Shown: in pieces, positions 1 to 12,060 of the stretch | Position numbering within the stretch: the first letter of the stretch is position 1 | How the letters are laid out: every line of letters begins with the position of its first letter | Source: Octopus vulgaris | Lineage: Eukaryota | DNA length: 64,000 nt | Assembly (NCBI GenBank): GCA_951406725.2 | Contig: OX597831.1 | Location: 72,664,001-72,728,000, forward strand | Direction: 5' to 3' | The notes under the pieces: generated by a model | What the model was told of the DNA's origin: nothing | The model's database searches: none | Seen by the model: only the letters and a program-made list of their open reading frames with translations | Position numbers and translations under genes: made by a program

Positions 1-598
1 ACGTAAAGCACCATCCGATTGTGGCCGTTGCCAGTCTCGCCTGGCCTCTGTGCCGATGGTACGTAAAAGCACCATCCGATTGTGGCCGTTGCCAGTCTCG
101 CCTGGCCTCTGTGCCGATGGTACGTAAAAAGCACCATCCGATTGTGGCCGTTGCCAGTCTCGCCTGGCCTCTGTGCCGATGGTACGTAAAGCACCATCCG
201 ATTGTGGCCGTTGCCAGTCTCGCCTGGCCTCTGTGCCGATGGTAAAAGCACCATCCGATCGTGGCCATTGCCAGCCTCGCCTGGCCTCTGTGCCGATGGT
301 ACGTAAAAAGCACCATCCGATTGTGGCCGTTGCCAGTCTCGCCTGGCCTCTGTGCCGATGGTACGTAAAAAGCACCATCCGATCATGGCCGTTTGCCAGC
401 CGCGTCTGGCACCTGTGCCGGTGGCATGTAAAAGCATCCACTACACTCATGGAGTGGTTGGCGTTAAGAAGGGCATTCAGCCATAGAAACATTGCCAAAT
501 CAGACTGGAGCCTGGTACAGCCACCTGGCTTCCCAGACCCCAGTTGAACCGTCCAACCCATGCTAGCATGGAAAACAGATGCTAAACGATGATGATGA
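1..598 (+). mobile_element. RTE-type LINE 3' end with ~60-bp tandem array (~7 units) and (GAT)n tail
   Basis: Repeated unit gtaaaagcaccatccgattgtggccgttgccagtctcgcctggcctctgtgccgatggtac, then the conserved 3' segment ...ggagtggttggcgttaagaagggcattcagc...aaacgatgatgatg shared with many copies in the window. Confidence 0.75.
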
Positions 599-852
599 AT
601 GGTTTCAAATTCTGCCACAAGGGCAGCAATTTTGGTGGGGAGGGGATGAGTTGATTACATTGACCCCCCCCCTCCTTTGTGTTCAACTGGTACTTATTTT
701 ATTGACCCCCAAAAGGATGAAAGGCAAAGTTTGACCGCAGCAGAATTTGAACTCATAATGGAGTGACAGGTGAAATACCACAAAGCATTTCATCCAGCGC
801 AGTATCAATTCTGCCAGCACACCACCTTAACTAATAATAAAGATAATAATAA

Positions 853-1443
853 ATGTCCTGATGCAGTACCAGGCACTGGTTATGCCCTGATGCAGTACCA
901 GGCAGTGGCTCTCATGGCTTCTGATCTTAACTGATTGGAAGTGTTATCATGTACATTGTTTTGTTTTGGTATAAAAGATGGGCTACAGCAAATATTCTGC
1001 TCAATACCACAGATTTACTTGTAAGTTGTTTGACCTTAACTGGTTGAGCATGTCCCTTGGTGGCTGACAATATGTGCATCTCTGATCACGAGCAGAAGTA
1101 GTGGGGGAGCATCATAGCCATGTGTTGAGAGGAATTCTTTGGGGTTTAGAAAATTCACCTCTGGAAACATGTGTGTTTTGTTCAACATCCTTAAACAACC
1201 CTTATTCAGGGACCTTTAGAGTAAGATGGGCTACTTGACCTTAAGAAACTTCAAGCTGGGTCCCTACCTGCAAGGTCATGCACTATTTATTTTGATATGA
1301 GGTAGGTCACCAGGTTGTGCACAAATGGCAGTGATGCATGTGCCTGATGTACCCTTATCAGACGGGTAGTCATGATGGGTATATTGGGCTTCATATATTT
1401 GGACCACAGTGTCACTTTGATGGTTTGTGCTGCTCTCTCACTC

Positions 1444-1477
<34 letters not shown>
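853..1477 (+). mobile_element. ~590-bp non-coding retroelement flanked by (TAA)n
   Basis: Highly similar to 37026-37619 and 33176-33523. Ends in (AAT)n, is preceded by aataat, and has a 29-bp duplication at its 5' end. Confidence 0.75.
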
Positions 1478-1480
<3 letters not shown>

Positions 1481-2224
1481 TTAATAACCATGTTCCATGC
1501 TGGCATGGGCTGGATGGTTTCACAAGATCTGATGGGTCCAAGGACTAAATTGTGCTCTGGTGTCTGCTTTGGCATGGCTTCTATGGCTTGATGCCCTTCT
1601 TAATGCCAACCACTTTACAACATGGAATGGGTGACATTTTTATGTCACCAGCAGCAATAACAATAATAATAATGGTTTCTGGTTTAGGCACAAGACCAGC
1701 AAATCTGATAACATCAACCCCAGTCCTTAACAGGTGCTTTATTTTATCGACCCTGAAGGAATGAAAGCAAAGTTAACATTGGCAGGGTTTGAACTCAGAA
1801 ACTAAAGAGTTGGAATAAATACTGGAAACCATTTTTTGTAATGCTTTAACAATTCTGTCAGCTAACGACCTTTAAAAGTGGTTTCTAATTTAGGTACAAG
1901 AGCAGCATTTTTCCAGGAGCTGGGTTAGTCAATACCACTGACCCTTAATAATTGGCTAAAACTTTATTCTATCAACCTTTGGAAGAGAAAGGAAAAGTTG
2001 ATCTCAGCCAGATTTGAACTCGGAATGTAAAGAACCGGAATAAATACAGCAACGTTTTTTTCTTCTTCTTTTTTCTTACTTTTTAATGTTCTATTGATTC
2101 TACCAATCCACTGTGCAAATGAGTTCAAATCACACCAGGGCCAACTTTGATTTTCATCCTCTCAGGGGTCAATAAATAAAATAACAATCCCAGACAGTAT
2201 AATTGCAGTGTCTCTTCCAACAAC

Positions 2225-2530
2225 AAGTGGCACTCTGTCGATTATGGTAATAAGGGTTCCAGTTAATCTGATCAACCCATGAAATTAACATGCAAATGGC
2301 TGAGCACTCCACAGACACATGTACCCTTAACATAGTTCTGAGGGAGACTCAGTGTGCCACAGAATGTGACGAGGCTGACAATTTGAAGTGCAGGTACAAT
2401 TCATTTTGGCCAGCTGAGTGGACTGGAGCAAAGTGAAATAAGGGGTCTTCCTCCAGGACACAATGCACCATCAGGATTCGAACTCAGAACCTTACAATCG
2501 CAAACTGAACAGCCTAACCATTAAGCCATA
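2225..2530 (-). mobile_element. tRNA-derived SINE (family D), degenerate
   Basis: Reverse complement of 20348-20660, with a tRNA-like head containing A/B box-like motifs. Confidence 0.65.
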
Positions 2531-3054
2531 CACTTTCACTGCCCAACAACAGCTGCCAGGTTTAAGTACTGAATCCCAGAAGACATGGTCACAAGTGCAC
2601 ACTTTGAACATTGCCTCAGTCTATTTGGCTGGCAAACTGGTTTCACTTCTGCCACAAGATTAAGTGATTAGAAATAAGAGAAGCAGTCAACTACGAAAAA
2701 AAAAAATTATTGCCCCAGTTTTAAATAAAACTACCTCATGCTTCCAGGTTAGAACTGAAAACAGAATTGATCGGGAAAAGAAGAAAAAAACTTTTTTTTA
2801 AATTAAAGAAAAAATCTAAAAGAATGTTAAGAATTAAACTGTTGATTCCTTTTTGATAAAATAAATTTAAGAATAAAATAATTCTACAATTTCTGAATTC
2901 CATAAACTTTCCATTTTCAAAGTAATGAATATGCATAAAATTAACCGCACCCTAATTAGTTTAATTGGCAGTGGTGTAGTAATTATGCACACATTAAGTT
3001 AGATATTTTAACTAAATTGTTGAAGAAAAGAGACGAGTACAAAAGGTAACATAC

Positions 3055-3100
3055 CAAAGCAGAAGTCAACCTTGGGTCGGAGTTTACGAGCATCACTGAC
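3055..3100 (-). CDS. PLEKHA1: PLEKHA1/2-like coding exon 3 (VSDARKLRPKVDFCF)
   Basis: TTTTCTCCAG acceptor, GTATGT donor, 46 bp, phase 0/1. Near-identical to human VSDATKLRPKAEFCF. Not in the ORF track. The gene continues beyond position 1. Confidence 0.92.
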
Positions 3101-3251
3101 CTGGAGAAAATTAAACGAATGGAATATAATTACATTGACGAGATGATAAATGATTATTCAATTTGTTTTTCTTTTGTTTCAACTGAATTAGTTATTAAAT
3201 GTATATTATAGTAATTAGCAAGAAAAGAGAGAAAGAAAAATGGTAGCCATT

Positions 3252-3582
3252 AGGCTGTGGCCATGCTGGAGCATTGCCTTGAAGAATTTTAGTCAAACGA
3301 AACAACCTAAGCTGGTACTTATTGGTCTCTTTTTGTGAACTGCTAAGTTACAGGGATGTAAACATACCAACACTGGTTGTCTAACAGTGGTGGGACACGG
3401 ACACACACACACACACATACAATGGATTTCTTTCAGTTTTTGTCTACCAAATCCATTCACAAGGCTTTGATTAGCCTGGCACTATAGTAGAAGACATTTG
3501 CTCAAGGCACCACACAGTGGGACTGAACTCAGAACCCTGTGGTTGAAAAGGAAACTTCTTACTATACAGCCATGCCTGTGCC
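3252..3582 (-). mobile_element. tRNA-derived SINE (family A), degenerate
   Basis: Reverse-complement similarity to 8394-8760. Confidence 0.7.
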
Positions 3583-3604
3583 TATTTATTCATAGTTTAT
3601 ATAT

Positions 3605-3822
3605 CCTTTTCTACTCTTAGCACAAGGCCTGAAATTTTGGGGGAGTGGGGGGCAGTCGATTAGATTGACTACAGTACGCAACTGGTACTTAATTTATCGA
3701 CCCTGAAACAACGAAAGACAAAGTTGACCTCAGTGGAATTTGAACTCAGAACATCAAGATAGACGAAATACTGCTAAGCATTTTGCGCAGCTTTGCTAAC
3801 GATTCTGCCAGCTTGCCACCTT
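3605..3822 (-). mobile_element. tRNA-derived SINE (family B)
   Basis: Contains actggtacttaatttatcgaccc...gaatttgaactcagaac...ctgccagc, as in the other family B copies. Confidence 0.75.
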
Positions 3823-4554
3823 TCGTAGTTTAAATATTATAAAATGAATTATCTGATTTGCATGGTAGAGAGAGGAGAAAGGGTTGATTTCTTTGAGAAT
3901 TTATAGGTATCATCTCTAAAAGGTTATATATATTCTGATGGTTGAGATTATCAGGGATGTCTAAGATAATATTGCTTTGCCTTGGGCCTTGAACTCCTTG
4001 AGAGAGTCAAACGGACACCATTGTGGTATATGGCAGGTTTTCAACATTTTTAGATTTGGTCGGCAGGGCCCATCCCTCAACCCAATTTCTTGCAGAAGAT
4101 AGAAAGACAGACAGAAAGAATGAGTGAGGCAAGGATAAGAACCAATCCTGGTGAAGGACTGATATTCTGTTTTACTGACACGGAAAAGGATGAAAGGCAA
4201 AGCTGACCTTGGCAGGATTTGAACTCAGAATGTAAAAAAGGAACATAATACCACCAAGCATTTTGCCCAGCATGCTAACAAATCTGCCAACTTGCCACCT
4301 TATGTGTTAAGATAATATTACATTTGTTTGAAGAATTTAACTGTGTTTAGTTTTGGGCCTAAACACTTTGAGTTCAAGTCCTGCTAAGGTGGACTCTACT
4401 TAAATCTCCTAGGTTTTTTCAGGATTCCAGAGAAGTTTAAATACACATTACTGAAATAATATTCTTGGAATAGGGTGATGAAATAATCTCCCAACCCAAC
4501 CCAAATTGGCCCCTGAATTTTGATTTGACTAGGGTGAGATTTTATCTTTTAGGC

Positions 4555-4952
4555 TAATGGTTCTTAACCAAAGTCCATGTGACCCCTGGAGGTCCATATA
4601 AGATTTGGGAGGTGGGGAGCAAACAAGAAAAATACTAAATTAGGGATCTGCAATAGTATTTTAAGGGTTCATGAAAAATTTTTCCTTTTAGTTGTATCTA
4701 TTGCACAAACCAATTAGGTTTCTTTCCCTAACACTTTATATAATTCAACAGGACTCTGGTGCTTGAAGCAGGTTGCCTTAAGGAGTGTCATTGCAAACCT
4801 ACACAAGCGAATGGATGAAAACCGAAATAGGAATTTTGAAACAAGTGTCAGCAAAACTAATTTTTAAACATTAAGTGGCTATGGGGGTCCACAAGAGGAA
4901 AAAAATTATTCTAAAGGTTCCATAGGTAAAAAAAAATGGCTGAGAACGACTG
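4555..4952. mobile_element. hAT-like MITE
   Basis: Imperfect TIRs taatggttcttaacc / ggctgagaacgactg, with an 8-bp TSD ttttaggc (4547-4554) / ttttaggt (4953-4960). Confidence 0.7.
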
Positions 4953-5063
4953 TTTTAGGTGAAGAAAAATAAAATTAGCCTCAGAGATGACTAGGAACAT
5001 AGAAAGGAGGTTTGAGACCCACTGCTACAGGTTGAAGTTGAGAGCAAGGCAGACAGCAAAACA

Positions 5064-6830
5064 CTAACATTTAAAAGGGACAGACGAACTTGCGAGCTGA
5101 ATAAAAATAATAAAATATTGGAAACCAAAGTTTGAAGGGATAGAATTTGAGGATAGTAGAGTCACCATGGCTGGCATTTCTTAACGACGGACAGCAACGT
5201 ATTGACAGTTCAACGGCTGGCGTAAAATTTTGAACTTGATGTAAAAGAAAATCCCTAAAAACCAAGTTTTGAATTGATTCTTTCTCACGACAGTAGACTC
5301 ACGATGGCAAGCATTCAAAACTTCTTCATCATGGACGGCAACACATTGACGATTAAAAGGCTGGCGCAAATTTTTTAGCTTGATGTAACAGAGAATTGCT
5401 AAACACCCGCTCCTTTAAATTTTAATCCCCTTCCAGCCCCATTTAGACCCCTTTTCACATTTTGGTTAATATAACCCGATTTCATTTGGGTCTACTGGGG
5501 CCACATTTTATAAGATGAGGACTCAACCAAGTTTCCCAAGTTCTGGTCATAGACCATAGAACACTCAACCAAGTTTCCCGAGTTCTGGTCATAGACCATA
5601 GAACAGTCAAGCAAGTTTCCCAAGTTCTGGTCATAGACCATAGAACACTCAACCAAGTTTCCCGAGTTCTGGTCATTTGCAGAATAAATAGAGACGGCGG
5701 AGGTGGCAGACGTCGTTGCAATGTAAACATGATTTGTTTTAAGAGAAAGATTGTCCAGATTGTGTGTTGGTGGTGGTGGTGGCGATGATAATTATCTTTA
5801 TGAATGGAGATAAAGAGAAATTGAAGGGGAGTTAGAGGTAGAAAGAAAAGGTGTAAATTTTGGAGTGAATCCGATGGGATGTAGTGGGCTTTAACCCCGG
5901 CAAAAACAATAATATCTGTTGCATTTCTGAAAGAGGTGAAGTAGGAATATTGAAACTTTTGCGGCTGTCATTGATAGACTCGTTGTAGAATAAATAGAGA
6001 CGGTGAAAAAAGAGAGAGCTCGAGAAAGAAAAGATGATATATGAAAGAGAGGACGGGAAAATGAAATATTTTGCAATGTAAACATGATTTGTTTTAAGAG
6101 AAAAATTGTCATGATTGTGTGTTGGTGGTGGTGGTGGTGGTGGCAATGATAATTATCATTAGGAAAAAGAGTGAGTGAGTGAGGAAGACATATACATAAG
6201 TTGTGGCGATGATAATTCTAGACCCCTTTTCACATTTTGATGAAGAGAACCTAATTTCATTCGGGTCTACTGGGGCCACATATAGGTGTGTGTGTGTGTG
6301 TGTGTGCCCGCTGTAGAAATTAAATTAGAGATAAAACCACTAATAGGGAAATGAAACAGTAAAAAAACAAAAACATAAAAATAAAAATATAATATTAGAT
6401 ATATGTGTGTGTGTGTGTTGACAGGTAGACAATAGAATGTGATGGCGATGGAATATTTGTTTCTGTCTATGAACGCAGATAGATACATGAGTAAAATGTA
6501 TGGGAAGCTAAGAGATAGAGTGAGTGAAAATGTTCTTGGAAGAGAGGAAATAGCGAGAGAGTGATTTGAGGAAGACTTTACATTAAATAACTGGAGTGGA
6601 CTTGAAGAGTCATATGAAGAGGAGTGAGAGGGTACTGGAGGAAATAGCGTGAGTGAGGAAGATGGCCCCTAGCAACCACACCTTTTAAGCTAGGGATTTC
6701 TAAGGTAGCCCACAAGCATCGTCACCTCATTCTACATGTCCCTGTAAATTTTGGAGCAAATCGGACGGGATGTAGTGGCATTAAAAGCGATCCAAGCGGT
6801 AAAAACTCATTTCAGTTTTTTATATAGAGA
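5064..6830 (-). mobile_element. Putative non-autonomous Helitron with internal duplications
   Basis: Minus-strand 5' end A|TCTCTATATAAAAAACTG resembles the other Helitron starts here. The 3' end is TTAG|T (imperfect). Several internal segments are duplicated. Confidence 0.5.
5521..5676. repeat. 42-bp minisatellite, ~3.7 copies
   Basis: Unit actcaaccaagtttcccaagttctggtcatagaccatagaac starts at 5521, 5563, 5605 and 5647. Confidence 0.9.
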
Positions 6831-6849
6831 TATATATATATATATATGC

Positions 6850-7070
6850 GTGTGTGTGTTTGTGTGTCTGTGTTTGTCCCCCTAGCATTGCTTGACAACC
6901 GATGCTGGTGTGTTTATGTCCCTGTTACTTAGCACTTCGGCAAAAGAGGCCGATAGAATAAGTACCGGGCTTACAAAAGAATAAATCCCGGGGTCGAGTT
7001 GCTCGATTAAAGGCGGTGCTCCAGCATGACCGCAGTCAAATGACTGAAACAAGCAAAAGAGAGTAAAAGA
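6850..7070 (+). mobile_element. SINE family A, 3' half
   Basis: tgtttgtccccctagcattgcttgacaaccgatgctgg...aaatgactgaaacaag. Confidence 0.8.
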
Positions 7071-7882
7071 TATATATATATACACATATATACACACACA
7101 CAATTATACATAAATATACATACATAAATCTCTCTCTATATATATATACACACACATACTGTATAATATATGTATGGCTAATGGCCAGTTTTTTGATGAA
7201 TTATTCCATAATGGCATATGAGTCAAGAGAAGCTGTTGCAGTGTCCAGCACAAAACTACCAAAGTTATTACATGGCATCGATGATGTCATCTGGTGGTGG
7301 CAATGATGATGATGATGATGATGATGATGCTCTGGTGCCATCTTTATTAGTTTACGGTTGTGGAACTTGGCCAACAGACACACAGCAACTGTTCAACATA
7401 CACAGGTTGGACAAAGTAGATTCCATAGGCTGTAAATGTGTCGAACCAAAAATAATGGTGAAGGCGCTGAATAACCAAAGCTGGTATCAACATCAAAATG
7501 TCTGAGATAAGTTTATCTTTTATCTTTCTTCTAGTTGTTTCAGTCATTCGACTGCAGTCATGCTGGAGCACTGCCTTCAAAGGTTTCGTCAAACAAATCA
7601 ACACCTGTATTTATTTTTTAAAGTCTTGTACATATTCTACAAGTGTCTTTTGCTGAACCACTAAGTTACAGGAATACAAACAAACCAACACCAGTTGTCT
7701 AGTGGTGGAGGAGGACAAATAGAACATACATATGTATGACAGGCTTCCTCACAGTTTCTGTCAACTGAATTTACTCACAGGACATTGGTTTGTCTGGGGA
7801 TTGAGCTCAAGATATTGTACAAAGGAACTGAGCCTTGTGATTGCAACGTTGTTTTATTTAATATTCTCAATTTTATACACAA

Positions 7883-8281
7883 CTAGCAGTATCGCCCGGC
7901 GTTGCTCAGGTTTGTTTCGACCCTTTAGAATTGGAATTTTTGAAAAGTAGAAATTTTGCATTATGTAGCTTGTTATTCTCTTTAAGTGAATATTTTTCTG
8001 GTTGAAATACACTGTAAAATGACGACATAGCAGTAAAAAAATTCGTAAAAAATAGGGATTTTCATAGAAAAAAAAGCACCTTTTTGATGTAAATAATTTT
8101 TGGTGTTAACATGGTCCAATTTGAATTTTTTATTCTACGGAAGGAAGAGCAAGCCTTCTTCTATCATACTCTTAATTTTGGTCAACTTGCGCTGCAGGGT
8201 CTCGGAGGAGATAGTGTTAGTTGAAGGCTACCAAACCTGCCATACACTGAAGACAACTTCAGCTTTATATATATAGAGAGA
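7883..8281 (-). mobile_element. Non-autonomous Helitron
   Basis: On minus: A|TCTCTCTATATATATAAAG...GAGCAACGCCGGGCGATACTGCTAG|T, i.e. 5' TC, subterminal GC hairpin, 3' CTAG and AT target. Confidence 0.8.
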
Positions 8282-8393
8282 TTAACTTCAACTTTAGAGA
8301 AACTGATCACACACCACATCAACCTCACTATTTTGCAGGAATCTGTCAAAGACATTCTATCTCACTATCTTATATATATATATATATATATAT

Positions 8394-8760
8394 AGGCACA
8401 GGAGTGGCTGTGTGGTAAGTAGCTTGCCTATCAACCACATAGTTCCGGATGCGTGGCACCTTGGGCAAGTGTCTTTAACTATAGCCTCGGGCCGACCAAA
8501 GCCTTGTGAGTGGATTTGGTAGACGGAAACTGAAAGAAGCCTGTCGTATATATGTATGTGTGTGTTTGTGTGTCTGTGTTTGTCCCCCTAGCATTGCTTG
8601 ACAACCGATGCTGGTGTGTTTATGTCCCCGTCACTTAGCGGTTCGGCAAAAGAGACCGATAGAATGAGTACTGGGCTTACAAAGAATAAGTCCCGGGGTC
8701 GAGTTGCTTGACTAAAGGCGGTGCTCCAGCATGGCCGCAGTCAACTGACTGAAACAAATA
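8394..8760 (+). mobile_element. tRNA-derived SINE (family A), full length
   Basis: Head ggcacaggagtggctgtgtggtaagtagc, CORE-like ccttgggcaagtgtc, internal (TA)/(TG) tract and tail gactgaaacaa. Lies about 90 bp from exon 2. Confidence 0.85.
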
Positions 8761-8846
8761 AAAAAAATAAATAAATAAATAAAAAAAGAGTATATATATA
8801 TAAACGAACACACAACTGGGAGTTCTGAAGAAAGACATACACATAC

Positions 8847-8906
8847 CTTGGAGACCTTTTGAAGTTCAATCTCCCAAACTGGATTGTGGGATTGACTGTT
8901 TAAATT
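8847..8906 (-). CDS. PLEKHA1: PLEKHA1/2-like coding exon 2 (NLNSQSHNPVWEIELQKVSK)
   Basis: TTGCAG acceptor, GTATGT donor, 60 bp, phase 0/0. Aligns to human NLPSGSSRVGAIKLTYISK with one extra residue and joins the flanking exons in frame. Confidence 0.85.
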
Positions 8907-8972
8907 CTGCAATAATAATAATGACAGACTCATATAGAAACAATATAGGGAAGACAACAAATATAATATTAA

Positions 8973-9785
8973 CGAACATCAATGGAATTTGTATCTTTGT
9001 GGTACCAGTGCCGGTGGCACACAAGAGAAAACCATCCGAAAGTGGCCGTAGCCAGTACCGCATCGACTGGCCTCCGTGCTGTGGGCACATGACAAACACC
9101 ATCCGATCGTGGCCGTTCGCTAGCCTCATCTAGCACCTGTGTCGGTGGCACATAAAAACACCATCCGAAGACCCGGCAAGACTAGTCAGGCCATAACCCA
9201 TGGCCCCTACCTGGGACATAGTCAGTCCACCTGTGCATACCTTCCTTCTTGTGACACTTGTGAAGACCTGTTGAGGCAAGTGAAAATCAAATCAAAACAA
9301 ATCAAAATAGATGAACATCAATGGAATTTGTATCTTTGTGGTACCAATGCCGGTGGCACACAAGAAAACCATCCGAACGTGGCCGTAGCCAGTACCGCAT
9401 CGACTGGCCTCCGTGCTGTGGGCACGTAACAAGCACCATCCGATCGTGGCCATTTGCCAGCCTCATCTGGCACCTGTGTCGGTGGCACATAAAAACACCA
9501 TCCGAGCGTGGCCGTCTGCCAGCCTCGTCTGGCACCTGTGTCGGTGGCACATAAAAAACACCATCCGAGCGTGGCCGTTTGCCAGCCTCGTCTGGCACCT
9601 GTGTCGGTGGCACATAAAATCACCCACTACACTCTCGGAGTGGTTGGCATTAGGAAGGGCATCCAGCTGTAGAAACACTGCCAGATCTGACTGGACTGGT
9701 GCAGCTTTTGGGCTCCCCAGACCCCAGTTGAACCGTCCAACCCATGCTAGCATGGAAAGCGGACGTTAAATGATGATGATGATGA
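8973..9785 (+). mobile_element. RTE-type LINE 3' end with partial duplication and tandem array
   Basis: 8973-9166 duplicates the segment starting near 9312. 9250-9785 is collinear with 40791-41484. gaagacccggcaagactag (~9167) resembles the ORF end seen at 18636-18707. Confidence 0.75.
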
Positions 9786-10526
9786 TCATCATCATATTGT
9801 AGGAATGGAAACAAAAATGTCTTTGTGAAAAATAACTCTTTTTTTTCTTTCTATTTTTACAATTGTGCCGTAAATATTCAATGTTAATTGTTGTTTCCTT
9901 ATTGTAATTAGCAGACCACGTAAGAGGGATAGCATGATGATAAATGATGAGGATATACATTTTCCTTCTTAACCATTCATGGGTCAAATGGGCACACAAA
10001 GTAATTGTAAAGCGCATGAGGTTTACTACACCGTCATCATTGACATTCTGAGTTCAAATTCCGCTAAGGTTAATTTTGCCTTTCATCTTTTCGGGGTCGA
10101 TAAAATAACTACCAGTTGAGCACTGAGGTCAATACCATCAACTTCCCCCTTCCCCCAAAATTGCTGGCCTTGTGCCAAAATTTGAAACCATTCTTGTTAT
10201 TATCATTATTATTCTTATTCCAATAGTTTCATTTTTATTACTGTCTGCATTGTGTATAGCTGTATTAAAACGTTTAGCCCTAGGCCAGTCCTAATTGAGC
10301 AGACCTATGAACAAAACCATTCCAGCCCTGATCAATCTGCCTTTTATTCTGACAATGTATCTGAGACCGACTTACCTAATGTGTCCTTCCTTTTTCCCCA
10401 CAATAGGTTTTATGCAAGGCATATTTAATTGCTATTTCTAGCAAATAGAGCAAACATATATTAAGCACACTCATTAGTTCCAATTTCCTTGGTGGCGACA
10501 GTGGTGGTGGTGGTGTGTTGTTAATA

Positions 10527-10757
10527 GGCGAGCTGGCAGAGACGTTAGCACGCCGGACGAAATGCTCAGCAGTATTTCGTCTGCCACTACATTCCGAGTT
10601 CAAATTCCGCCGAGGTCGACTTTGCCTTTCATCCTTTCGGGATCGATTAAATAAGAACCAGTTACGCACTGGGATTGATGTAATCGACTTGATCTGTTTG
10701 TCTGTCCTTGTTTGTCCCCTCTATGTTTAGCCCCTTGTGGGTAGTAAAGAAATAGAT
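10527..10757 (+). mobile_element. tRNA-derived SINE (family B), full length
   Basis: ggcgagctggcagagacgttagcacgccgg...gagttcaaattcc (B box), a central gcctttcatcctttcggg domain (Meta/MESC-like, from memory) and tail gtgggtagtaaagaaatag. Confidence 0.85.
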
Positions 10758-11057
10758 GTATTGTTAATAGTGTTGGTGATGTTAACAATGTTGTTATTAA
10801 TGGTGATCATCAATCATCATCATTTAACGTCCGTATTCCATGTCAGCATGGGTTGGATGAGTGGACAAAAGCTGGCAAACCAGAGGACGGCACCCAGCAC
10901 CACTGTCTGCCTGTTTGGGCATGGTTTTTACAGATGGTTGCCCTTCTTAATGCTAACTACTTTGCAGAATAAGCTGGGTGCTTTTCACGTGGCACCTGCA
11001 CTGGCCAATTTTTGGTTTTTAATTAATGTCGTTGTTACTTAGCCCCAATACTAATAT

Positions 11058-11285
11058 TTATTTCTTTATTGCCCACAAGGGGCTAAACATAGAGAGGATA
11101 AACAAGGACAGACAAACAGATTAAGCTGATTATATTGACCCCAGGGTGTAACTGGTACTTATTTAATCGACCCCAAAAGGATGAAAGGCAAAGGCGTCCT
11201 TGGCGGAATTTGAACTCAGAATGTAACAGAAGACGAAATACTGCTAAGCATTTCGCCCGGCGTGCGAACGATTCTGCCAGCTCAC
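11058..11285 (-). mobile_element. SINE family B
   Basis: Reverse complement of 10527-10757. Confidence 0.85.
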
Positions 11286-12027
11286 TACAATACATAATAT
11301 TAACCATGTCCATATTTCTCTAGGAAAAGTTATTTGTGGTGTGATGGTGGACAGCAGAAACAGAAATCTGTATTTCCCTAATGAGGTTGTAATGAGACAG
11401 AAACATGTCCACAGTTGTCTTCCCCACTTGCTACTCTATCGAATTGCTACATTATAGAACAGAACCCCAGTTTTTCAACTGGCTTCAATGCAGACAGTCA
11501 CTGAGAGTGACATGCAAGCAAACACACACATGACAAGCTTCCACACAGTTTCCATCCACCAGTTTCATTCACAAGGCACTTAATAAAAGACACTTGCTCA
11601 AGATGTCCTGCACTGGGACTGAACCCTAAACCACATGGTTGCAATGCAAATTTACTCTGTTCGTCAATAACTAAAATTATTTTTCATTATCCATAATTTC
11701 TAATTAGCTTCAATGGCTTCGTGAGAGGATGAAGGTCAAAACCCAGAACCCTCGTGGGAGTTTTTGACACAGGGGAGGAAGGGTAACCTTTCTCATAACT
11801 TCTTTGAATGAAAGGAGGAAGGGCAGTGCCCATGACCTTTCTCAAGGGCCTATGATTGGCAGAGAGAAGAAAGGAATCTGGTCCAAAGACTTGCAAGAGA
11901 GTGGACTCCACCAAAGGTACCCAAGGACCATCAGGGGTCTGAAGAATGAAAATGGAATGGTCACGGCTGGAACGTCTTTGATCATAGGTCTATTGAATCA
12001 AGACTGACTTAGGGTTGAATAACAATA

Positions 12028-12060
<33 letters not shown>

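Noticed and set aside
1-547. Repetitive ORFs (…VASLAWPLCRWYVK…) and a CRISPR-like appearance of the ~60-bp arrays (also at 9.4 kb and 41 kb)
   Set aside because: Units are contiguous with no unique spacers, there are no cas genes, and they lie in retroelement 3' UTRs. The ORFs are by-products of the tandem repeat.
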